A DNA stretch of 64,000 nt from Deltaproteobacteria bacterium (GTDB lineage: Bacteria; Myxococcota_A; Polyangia; JACPQR01). The notes under the pieces are model-generated. The model did not search any database. It was not told the origin of the DNA and was given only the letters and a program-made list of their open reading frames with translations. Made by a program: the position numbers and the translations under genes. This document shows, piece after piece, positions 32,555 through 40,080 of this stretch (its first letter is position 1; each line of letters opens with the position of its first letter). The stretch lies in assembly GCA_016190375.1 (NCBI GenBank), contig JACPQR010000184.1:1370-65369 (forward strand), read 5' to 3'.

Positions 32555-33505
32555 ATGGTCTTCCTTCCTTCCCGCCTTCCTGTTCATCTCCTCCGGCGAA
32601 CGGCGTTCGCGCTCTGCTTCGTGGCCGCGGTCGGTTCGGGTTGCAGCGAGGGCTCCGAGGCGAAGGGCAATCTGCCCGAGGCCGAGGGGGTCGGGCTCCC
32701 GCCCGATCGCGACCTCGCGGCGATCTGGATCGATCCGGATGGGATCGGCCTCGACCGCGCGGGAGCTGCGGAAGGTGGCCGCCAGAAGGCGGTGAAGCTC
32801 GCGGGATTCCGCGTCACGGGCGAGGTCCAGCGTGGCCCGCTCTTGCTTCCGTCCCTGCTCGAGGCCCTTCGAGCCCAGGCGACGTCAGCGATGGCGCTTC
32901 GAGCTCACCGCGACGCGCCCTTCGAGATCGTTGCGCGCGTGCTCTACACCGCGCGCCGGGCGGGGCTCGACAGAGCAGGGATCTTCGCGGTCGTGCAGAC
33001 CTCGCATGGGACGCGCGAGCTCCCGATCGTCGTCCCGCCTCCCTGCCCGATCGACACGGGCGGCGCCGGGACCTGCTGCCTCGCTCCTCAGGTCCGCGTG
33101 CTCGGGTCGGGGCTCGAGGTCCAGGCTGCGCTCGCCTGGCGCTCCGAGTGCAACGACCTCGCCGTGACGCGCGACGGCAGACTCATGGCTCACGGTTGCG
33201 AGACCAGCGCGCCCGCGTGGGGCGGAAGGGTCGCCCAGATCGCGCCCGGCGTCTGTCCGACCCTCCCCGCGAAGTCCGGCGGGGTCGATCGGCAGGGGTT
33301 GTCGGCGCTCCTGAGGCGGCTCCAGGAGCGAACGAGGCCCTGCAATCGCGCTCTCATCGCACCCGAGCGAAGGACCCCCTGGGCGGAGGTCGCCTCGATC
33401 ATGGCGCTCCTGTACGTCGAGGGCCATCACTCCCTCGAGTTCGGGCTGTCCGAGGAGATGGGACTCGCGGACTGCTCCCGTGGCGTGGTCGTGGAGTCGC
33501 GGTGA
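32555..33505 (+). CDS. Hypothetical lipoprotein with two ExbD/TolR-like periplasmic segments
   Basis: Lipobox-like GSGC; LRAHRDAPFEIVARVLYTARRAG and IAPERRTPWAEVASIMALL. Confidence 0.5.
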   Translation: MVFLPSRLPVHLLRRTAFALCFVAAVGSGCSEGSEAKGNLPEAEGVGLPPDRDLAAIWIDPDGIGLDRAGAAEGGRQKAVKLAGFRVTGEVQRGPLLLPSLLEALRAQATSAMALRAHRDAPFEIVARVLYTARRAGLDRAGIFAVVQTSHGTRELPIVVPPPCPIDTGGAGTCCLAPQVRVLGSGLEVQAALAWRSECNDLAVTRDGRLMAHGCETSAPAWGGRVAQIAPGVCPTLPAKSGGVDRQGLSALLRRLQERTRPCNRALIAPERRTPWAEVASIMALLYVEGHHSLEFGLSEEMGLADCSRGVVVESR

Positions 33506-34809
33506 GCTCCTTCTTCCTCAGGCGTCGTCCAGATGATGGAATCGAGGGTCCGCTCGAGGCCGCCGATCTGCGCGGGAGGCTCGGCGGCGACTCGAGCGTG
33601 TCGATCGAGCCGCAGGGTCCCTTCGTCGCAGCGCGCGACCTCTGCGCCGTAGGCTCGAGGACGGCGGTCCGCCTCGCGGAGTCGCTGGAGCTTCCCGCGC
33701 CGGCCGTGACCGGTCCGCTCAGGGTGCTCGTCGCCTGGGTCGTGGCCGTCGACCTGCTCGCCGCCGTCGGTATCGGCGCGGCGCTCTGGGCGGAGACCCA
33801 GACCCGAGCCTCCTGGAGCGGCTTCGCGGTCGTGGCCGCGCTAGCCCTCGCGGCCTCTCTGCTGGCGATGGGGCACAGGAACGCGCTGGCATTCGCGGCG
33901 CTCGTCTCGCTGGCCGTCGCCTCCCAGGGCGCCGTGGCAGCCTCGGCACGTGGCGGCGGCTCATGGATCTGGCCTGCCGCGCACGCGGCGGCCGCGGTCC
34001 AGTCGGCGCTGCTCGCGGTCCTGCTCTGGCGGCGACGCCGGGTGCTCGAGCGCGCGCTCGGAATCCCCCGCGGCTCGAGATCGCCGGCCGCCGATGCTCC
34101 GGGGCTCGCGGCGGCGCTCGTCGCCTTCGGGAGCGCCTACGCCCTGTACGCCTGCATCGTCTTCGCCTACCACCGCGCCGTCTATCCCCGCGCACACGCG
34201 CCGATCACGCTGGTCGTCTGGGGGACCGGGGCCGGGGCGATGGCCGTCCGCGCGAGCCTCTATCTGCTCCTGGCGATCGCGGCGATGTGGCTCCTGTACG
34301 CGACGGGCGGCTCGAGATCACGGGTGATCGACGGCCTCGGGCTCCGATTCTCGAAGCTCGCGTCCACGCTCCTCGCAGCCGCGATGCTCTTCTGCGCGGT
34401 CTTCCTGGGGCTCGCGGCGATCGACTCGCTCATGACGCTCCTCGCCAGCGCGGGTCCCGCGCCCGAGGCCGTCGCGAGCTTCCGCCAGACCCTCGGCGAG
34501 GAGGCGAGCCGCTCGTCGTCGGCGGCGCCGAGCCCCGCAGTCCTCCTCTACGCCGGCTTCCTCGGGCCCGTCGCCGAGGAGCTCGTCTTCCGTGGCGTCC
34601 TGTATTCGGCCCTGCGCCGTCGCCTACCGAACGCGGCCGCCATCGCCTGCAGCGCGCTCGCTTTCGCCGCGCTGCACCCCTACCAGGCGGCGCTGTTCCA
34701 GGTCGCCATCGTGGGCGTCCTCTTCGCCTCCGCGTACGATCGAACGCGATCGCTGTGGCCGTCGATCCTCGCCCACTCGGCCTGGAACCTGGTCCTGACC
34801 CTCGGGTGA
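33502..34809 (+). CDS. CPBP/Abi (CAAX protease-like) intramembrane metalloprotease
   Basis: EELVFRG, FAALH, HSAWN; many TM segments; GTGA overlap with upstream gene. Confidence 0.85.
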   Translation: MSSFFLRRRPDDGIEGPLEAADLRGRLGGDSSVSIEPQGPFVAARDLCAVGSRTAVRLAESLELPAPAVTGPLRVLVAWVVAVDLLAAVGIGAALWAETQTRASWSGFAVVAALALAASLLAMGHRNALAFAALVSLAVASQGAVAASARGGGSWIWPAAHAAAAVQSALLAVLLWRRRRVLERALGIPRGSRSPAADAPGLAAALVAFGSAYALYACIVFAYHRAVYPRAHAPITLVVWGTGAGAMAVRASLYLLLAIAAMWLLYATGGSRSRVIDGLGLRFSKLASTLLAAAMLFCAVFLGLAAIDSLMTLLASAGPAPEAVASFRQTLGEEASRSSSAAPSPAVLLYAGFLGPVAEELVFRGVLYSALRRRLPNAAAIACSALAFAALHPYQAALFQVAIVGVLFASAYDRTRSLWPSILAHSAWNLVLTLG

Positions 34810-34813
34810 CCGG

Positions 34814-35770
34814 TCAGCCTCGCTCCAGGAGCGCGTCGCAGAGCACCCCCGGAGCGACGTTCCCACCGCTCAGGATGACCGCGACGTTGCCCGGCGAGCT
34901 GATCCTTCCCATGAGCAGCGCCGCCACGCCGAGGGCGCCCGTGGGCTCGACGACGAGCCTGGCGCGAAGCGCGCAGAGCCGGACGGCCTCGAGGAGGGCT
35001 TCGTCGGGAACGGTGACGATGTCCTCGAGCCGCTCGCGGATGATCGCGAATGGAAGCTCGCCGAGCGCGATGGTCCGCGCGCCGTCGGCGATCGTGCGGG
35101 GCGGATCGATCGTGCAGATGTGACCGGCGCGAAGCGACGCCTGCCCGTCGGCGCCGGCTTCGGGCTCCACGCCGAAGACCCGGACGCCGGCCTTCATCGA
35201 GGTCACCGCGAGCGCCACACCAGCGGTCAGACCACCTCCGCCCGTCGGCACGACCACCGTGTCCACCTCCGGCCAGTCCTCCACGATCTCGAGGCCGACG
35301 GTGCCCTGCCCAGCGATCACCAGCGGATCATCGAATGGCGGAACCAGCGTCGCACCGGTCTCGTCCGCGATCTTCCGGGCAACCGTGCCCCGGGTCGCGA
35401 CGGTCACGTTCCCGTCCTGGATCACGTCCGCGCCGTAGGACCTCGTCGCAGCGACCTTGTGCGCCATCGAGTCCTGGGGCATGACGATCGTCGCCCGCGT
35501 GCCCAGGATCCGGGCGGCCAGCGCCACGGCCTGCGCATGATTGCCCGACGAGAAGGCCACCAGCCCACGCGACCTCTCCTCCTCGGTCAGCGACAGGGCC
35601 TTGTTCATGGCACCGCGGATCTTGAACGCGCCCGCCCGCTGCAGGCTCTCGGCCTTCAGACGGACCGTCGCCGATGCGCGTTCGGAGATCGACCGGGAAG
35701 CGAACAGCGGCGTTCGGTGGACGAGCTCGGCGATCCGTTCGCGGGCGGTGAGGATGTCTGCAAGGTTCAT
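34814..35770 (-). CDS. PLP-dependent threonine/serine dehydratase family protein
   Basis: LKAESLQRAGAFKIRGA, SSGNHAQA, GGGGL, SGGN. Confidence 0.92.
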   Translation of the reverse strand: MNLADILTARERIAELVHRTPLFASRSISERASATVRLKAESLQRAGAFKIRGAMNKALSLTEEERSRGLVAFSSGNHAQAVALAARILGTRATIVMPQDSMAHKVAATRSYGADVIQDGNVTVATRGTVARKIADETGATLVPPFDDPLVIAGQGTVGLEIVEDWPEVDTVVVPTGGGGLTAGVALAVTSMKAGVRVFGVEPEAGADGQASLRAGHICTIDPPRTIADGARTIALGELPFAIIRERLEDIVTVPDEALLEAVRLCALRARLVVEPTGALGVAALLMGRISSPGNVAVILSGGNVAPGVLCDALLERG

Positions 35771-35836
35771 CGCCACACCCGGATAGCACGCGCCCCCCCC
35801 TTTCGCGAAACGCGGCGGCGGAGTACCAATCGGGAC

Positions 35837-37381
35837 GTGAACCTGGGGATCGATTTCGGGACCACCCGCACCGTGGTCGCCTGCTGCGATCGGGGAAACT
35901 ACCCGATCGTCGGCTTCGTGGACGGCAGCGGCGAGACTCGCGATTTCTTCCCGTCGGTCGTGGCCGAACGGGGTGGGGAGCTCTTGTTCGGCCTCGACGC
36001 CTTGCAGGCTCCGGCGGATGGCTGCAGCGTCCTTCGATCGTTCAAGCGGCTTCTCTCGGCGGCTTCGGCCTCGCCCGAGCTCGCCGTCGACGTGGGCAGG
36101 GTGAGCATCGGCCTGTCCGATCTGCTCGTGCGCTTCGCGTCCGCTCTGCGCACCGCCATCCTCGGATGCTCGAACCTTCCGGCCAGCGTCGATCGGGACG
36201 CAGAGCTCGCCGCTGTCATCGCGACTCCTGCGAACGCGATGGGCGCCCAGCGCTTTCTCACGCTCGACGCTTTTCGCCGCGCCGGGTTCGACGTCGCCGC
36301 CATGCTCAACGAGCCTTCCGCGGCGGGCTTCGAGTACACGCACCGCTACCGCAACACGCTGACGCGTACCCGCGAGCACATCGTGGTCTACGACCTCGGC
36401 GGCGGCACGTTCGACGCCTCGCTGGTTCGCATGAGCGGTCATCACCACGACGCGGTCGCCACGGCAGGCCTCGCGCGTCTGGGCGGCGACGACTTCGACG
36501 CCGCGCTGGCCGATCTCGTGCTGCAGGAGGCCGGTCACCTCTCGCTTCCCGCGCGCAAGCTCGCCGACCTGCGCGAGCGCTGCCGAGAGGCCAAGGAAGC
36601 GCTCAGCCCGAACACGCGGAGGATCTCGATCGACCTCGAGGCGCTGGGTGTGCATGGAGCGACCGAAGCGACGATCCGCGTGGCGGACTTCTACGAGGCC
36701 TGCGCGCCCCTCATCCAGCAGACGATCGACGCGATGGCGCCCGTGATGGCGCGGCTGGATGCCGCTGACGGGGCCGTCCCGGGTGAGATCGCGGGGATCT
36801 ACGTGGTCGGAGGGGGGAGCTGCCTGCCGGCCGTGGGCCGCGCGCTTCGAGAGCGGTTCGGTCGCCGGGTGCACCGATCCCCGTACCCGTTCGCCGCGAC
36901 CGCCATCGGGCTCGCGATCGCCAGCGACGAGCGCGCCGGCTTCGAGCTCGAGGACCGGTTCTCACGGTGCTTCGGCGTCTTCCGGGAGGCGCAGTGCGGC
37001 CGGGAGATCTCCTTCGACCCGATCTTCACGCGCGAGACCCGCGTCCCTGCTCCGGGCAGCGCCGACCCGGTGGCCCGCCGTCGCGTCTACAGGGCCGCCC
37101 ACAACGTCGGTCACTTTCGGATGATCGAGTGCGCCGAGATCGACGAACGCGGAGCTCCGCAGGGGGAGATCACTCCAGTGGCCGACGTGCTGTTTCCCTT
37201 CGAGGCAGCGCTCAGGGAGAGCCGCGACGACCTCGGGTCGGTTCCCGTGCTCCGAACCGCGTCGGGACCCTTGATCGAGGAGCGATACAGGCTGGATGCG
37301 AACGGAATCGTGGAGCTCCGGATCATCGATCTGGACACGGGCTTCGAGCGGGCCTACCGCGTCGGGGAGTCACGGGCATGA
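35837..37381 (+). CDS. Hsp70-family protein (non-DnaK, short C-terminus)
   Basis: GIDFGTT, NEPSAA, DLGGGTFD, LGGDDFD, VVGGGS. Confidence 0.88.
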   Translation: MNLGIDFGTTRTVVACCDRGNYPIVGFVDGSGETRDFFPSVVAERGGELLFGLDALQAPADGCSVLRSFKRLLSAASASPELAVDVGRVSIGLSDLLVRFASALRTAILGCSNLPASVDRDAELAAVIATPANAMGAQRFLTLDAFRRAGFDVAAMLNEPSAAGFEYTHRYRNTLTRTREHIVVYDLGGGTFDASLVRMSGHHHDAVATAGLARLGGDDFDAALADLVLQEAGHLSLPARKLADLRERCREAKEALSPNTRRISIDLEALGVHGATEATIRVADFYEACAPLIQQTIDAMAPVMARLDAADGAVPGEIAGIYVVGGGSCLPAVGRALRERFGRRVHRSPYPFAATAIGLAIASDERAGFELEDRFSRCFGVFREAQCGREISFDPIFTRETRVPAPGSADPVARRRVYRAAHNVGHFRMIECAEIDERGAPQGEITPVADVLFPFEAALRESRDDLGSVPVLRTASGPLIEERYRLDANGIVELRIIDLDTGFERAYRVGESRA

Positions 37382-38064
37382 CCCGAAGAATCGCGGGGTC
37401 CGCAGCGAGCGAAGCTCGCTGGGGTGCAATCGCAGGGTCCGCAGCGAGCGAAGCTCGCTGGGGTGCAATCGCGTTACTGGCCGTCCTCGCCGCCTGCGCT
37501 GGATCTCGCGAGGAGCCGCCGCCTCCCTACGTCCCGCCGGACCGCGAGGTGCGAAACGACATCGTCCGGACGGCGACCGGCACGACCGGCGATGCGCCCG
37601 AGATATCGCGCTCTGTCGGCGCCGAGGGTGGAGTCGTCCTGTTCTGGCCTCGGATCGTCCCGCGTGCCGCCGCCGAGGGATCGAGGGACGTCGCGCTGGC
37701 CGTGCAGGAGCACCTGCGTGGCCTCGTCGAGAGGACCCTGCCCGGCCGAGCCATCGACGTCCGACCCGAGCCGGAGCGCGTGTGCCCGCGCGCGGGGTGC
37801 ACCGCGATGACGGTCGGCGCGCTCCTGTTGCGAAACGAGGGAGGCTGCATCGTGCTCGGAATCGTCAGCGGGCCCGGCACCGCGCCGGCACGCCTGGTGC
37901 CCTGGATCGGCCAGGTGGACCTGCGCCAGCGGATGGTTCCTTTCCGGGAGCCGCCGGAGGCCCAGGTCACAGCCCGCGATTTCGGTCGCTGCTCCTCTCT
38001 TGCCGAGCAGCTCGGCGGGGCGGACGGGGACATCGCAGCCGCCATCCAGCAGACCGCCCCCTGA
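37378..38064 (+). CDS. Hypothetical lipoprotein; signal peptide carries two in-frame 13-aa insertions
   Basis: MTRRIA[GSAASEARWGAIA]x2 LLAVLAAC; ATGA overlap with hsp70-like gene. Confidence 0.75.
   Translation: MTRRIAGSAASEARWGAIAGSAASEARWGAIALLAVLAACAGSREEPPPPYVPPDREVRNDIVRTATGTTGDAPEISRSVGAEGGVVLFWPRIVPRAAAEGSRDVALAVQEHLRGLVERTLPGRAIDVRPEPERVCPRAGCTAMTVGALLLRNEGGCIVLGIVSGPGTAPARLVPWIGQVDLRQRMVPFREPPEAQVTARDFGRCSSLAEQLGGADGDIAAAIQQTAP
37389..37473. repeat. Two tandem 39-bp units (32-bp palindromic core plus AATCGCR flank present three times)
   Basis: Core hairpin CAGCGAGC-GAA-GCTCGCTG; AATCGCR at 37389, 37428, 37467. Confidence 0.9.
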
Positions 38065-38123
38065 CTCGCCGCGTCATCCGCTCCATCGCGGCCTCCGTTT
38101 GCCCGAAATTCCGCTTGCACCGC

Positions 38124-38154
38124 TTGACGCGTTGCGTTATACGCATTGCGTCAA
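38124..38154. promoter_or_regulatory. 31-bp imperfect palindrome (putative operator) just before the SD
   Basis: TTGACGC GTTGCGT TAT ACGCATT GCGTCAA followed by AAGGAGG. Confidence 0.6.
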
Positions 38155-38168
38155 AAGGAGGCCAACAC

Positions 38169-38561
38169 ATGGAAGAGCTCGTTTCGAGGATCGAGGAGAC
38201 CGGCCACAACGTGAAGGAGCAAGGCGAGTCCTTCGTGACCGCGACCCGCCATGCCGGGCTGGCCTTCGCAAAGGAGACCCGGCGCGCCAGTACGGACCTC
38301 TTCGGAGCGGCCCGCGCGGAAGCGACGAGCTGGAGGCGCTTCCTGCAGAGCCGGGTCGCTCGGCGGATCCGCCGGCTAGCCGCGGCGCGGGATCTCGAGC
38401 GGCGCTTCCTGGCGCGTCTCGACAGGGCCATCGTCCGCCTCGGCCGCCGCGTGCGCGCGCGCCTCGCGAGGCTCGAAGGCCGCCGGGCCCCCGCGAGGGT
38501 CAGGCGGGGGGCCCCTCGGCGGGCCGCTCGCACGAGGAAGGCGGCCGCGGCGCCGGCGTAG
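38169..38561 (+). CDS. Small basic helical protein, possibly phasin/PhaF-like with Arg/Ala/Pro-rich tail
   Basis: Strong SD; amphipathic helices; tail RRAPARVRRGAPRRAARTRKAAAAPA. Confidence 0.6.
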   Translation: MEELVSRIEETGHNVKEQGESFVTATRHAGLAFAKETRRASTDLFGAARAEATSWRRFLQSRVARRIRRLAAARDLERRFLARLDRAIVRLGRRVRARLARLEGRRAPARVRRGAPRRAARTRKAAAAPA

Positions 38562-38567
38562 ACGCCA

Positions 38568-38630
38568 GTGTACCGAAGGAGACCCCCGGCTCCGCCGGGG
38601 AGGCAACCACCGTTCGACATCTGCCGGAGC
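38568..38630. mobile_element. Hairpin resembling an IS200/IS605-type end (orphan; may act as terminator)
   Basis: GAGACCCCCGGC-TCC-GCCGGGGAGGCA; family resemblance is from memory only; no tnpA nearby. Confidence 0.4.
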
Positions 38631-38645
38631 ACCGCGCGAGTTTGA

Positions 38646-38725
38646 ACGTGGACGTATACGTGGTCGTGGACGTGGACGATCCGGATTCGGGCTCGACCAC
38701 GACCACGACCACGACAACGACCACG
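38646..38725. repeat. Inverted hexamer arrays (GTGGWC)n ... (GACCAC)n
   Basis: acgtggacgtatacgtggtcgtggacgtggacg ... tcgaccacgaccacgaccacgacaacgaccacg. Confidence 0.85.
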
Positions 38726-38956
38726 GCTACGAACCGACCGAACCCGCGCGCGAGCTGGGTGTCGACAAGGGCCGTAGCCCGGTGCCGTCGCGAGGCGGTG
38801 CTGCGCGGCCCCGCCCGCGCGAAGCGCCGGTTCCCCTTCGCACGCGGTGAAGCAAGGCTCGATCTCTCCCTCGAGGCACGAGGGGTCGAACGGTCTGGCT
38901 GGACCTGGGACGACCGGACCCTTCCCGACCGAGCTTGCATGGCTCACACTTCCGTC

Positions 38957-39616
38957 ATGCAGGCTCCGTCGCGCACAACGCTCGCTGCCTTCGCGCTCGC
39001 AGTTGGCTGCTCATCTGGTCCGCCTGCTCCTCCGGCGCCCGGCCTGGCTGCCCGACCGACCTCGGCGCCGATGCCCCCGGTCCCGACGGTGGGCGGCGTC
39101 CCGAGCCCATCTGCCGGCCCGGTGGCGCTGCCCGCGCCGACCCCCCTTCTGGGCACGGAGCAAGGCCCGCCGGCCGGATACGTGACGATGCGGGCGCTCC
39201 GGGTCGCCGCGACTCCGCAGGGCGCCGCCGTGCTCCTCGTCGACGCCGCCGGCGCCAAGGTCGTTCCGATCTTCATCGGCGACGGCGAGGCCCTGTCGAT
39301 TCACCTGCGCCTCTCGGGCCGGCGGGCCCAGCGCCCGCTGACGCACGACCTCATGGACTCGACGCTGCGCGAGCTAGGCGCTCGTCTCGTCCACGTCCGA
39401 GTCGACCGCATCGAGGGCGGCGTGTTCTTCGGGACCGTCGTGTTGCAGCAGGGCCCTCGCGCGATCGCCATCGACGCCCGCCCCTCCGACGCCATCGCGC
39501 TGGCTGTCGGCAATGCCGTTCCGATCCACGTCGCCCCTGCCGTGATCGCCGAGGCCGGTCTCGGCGCCGAGGCGCTCGATGCGCCCCCGGCGCCCGAGCC
39601 TCGCCAGACTCTCTAG
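38957..39616 (+). CDS. Bifunctional nuclease (DUF151) domain protein with lipoprotein-like signal and Pro-rich linker
   Basis: VPIFIGDGEA, RPLTHDL, IDARPSDAIALA; N-terminal LAVGC. Confidence 0.85.
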   Translation: MQAPSRTTLAAFALAVGCSSGPPAPPAPGLAARPTSAPMPPVPTVGGVPSPSAGPVALPAPTPLLGTEQGPPAGYVTMRALRVAATPQGAAVLLVDAAGAKVVPIFIGDGEALSIHLRLSGRRAQRPLTHDLMDSTLRELGARLVHVRVDRIEGGVFFGTVVLQQGPRAIAIDARPSDAIALAVGNAVPIHVAPAVIAEAGLGAEALDAPPAPEPRQTL

Positions 39617-40080
39617 CACCGAACGGTTTGAAAATGCCGTGATGACGGCGCCCTCCGAACCTTCGCGCTTTCAGCACGGGGGAAGGTGAACGTGGTCGTC
39701 GACGTGGTCGTGGTCGTGGTCGGGCACGCCTCGCCAGCAACAGGGCCCGGTCGCCCGTCGACAACGGGCCATGCAAGACGAACCGCTCCTCGCCTACGAA
39801 CGCCTCGACGCCTACGCGGTGTGGCGGAGCGGTGCTGGATGCGTTGAAGGTCATGGGGCTCGTGGCACCCGAGACCGCGCGCGTGACACGAGTGCGGATC
39901 GTTCGTGTGGTGCAGATGCTGTCGCGAATGTGCCGGTAACCGCTCCCGCAGCCAACATGCGGGGGGGCCGACCACGACCACGACCACGTCGACGTTCACG
40001 ACGACGGCGCAACCGCGTCAGACCGTTGCGACGAGGGCGCCGATGGCCGCGCAGTCGCGAAGGTTTCAAACCGGCCGGTG
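39617..40080. mobile_element. 464-bp non-autonomous element with 17-bp TIR and CTAG duplication
   Basis: CTAG CACCGAACGGTTTGAAA ... TTTCAAACCGGCCGGTG CTAG; internal (GTGGTC)n 39686-39722 and (GACCAC)n 39968-39999. Confidence 0.85.
39771..39939 (+). pseudogene. Internally deleted four-helix-bundle protein gene (23S-IVP/Avd-like family)
   Basis: MQDEPLLAYERLDAYAV then, in another frame, CGGAVLDALKVMGL...RIVRVVQMLSRMCR*. Confidence 0.7.

Noticed and set aside
37389-37473. Palindromic direct repeats as a mini CRISPR array
   Set aside because: Only two units, the 7-bp separators are near-identical rather than unique spacers, they lie inside a CDS, and no cas genes are present.
38500-38940. ORFs with poly-Val/poly-Thr/DHDH runs here and at 39613-39999 and 43819-44169
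   Set aside because: Translations of non-coding hexamer arrays.
39771-39939. Diversity-generating retroelement suggested by the Avd-like remnant
   Set aside because: No reverse transcriptase and no TR/VR pair with adenine-specific mismatches seen in the window.
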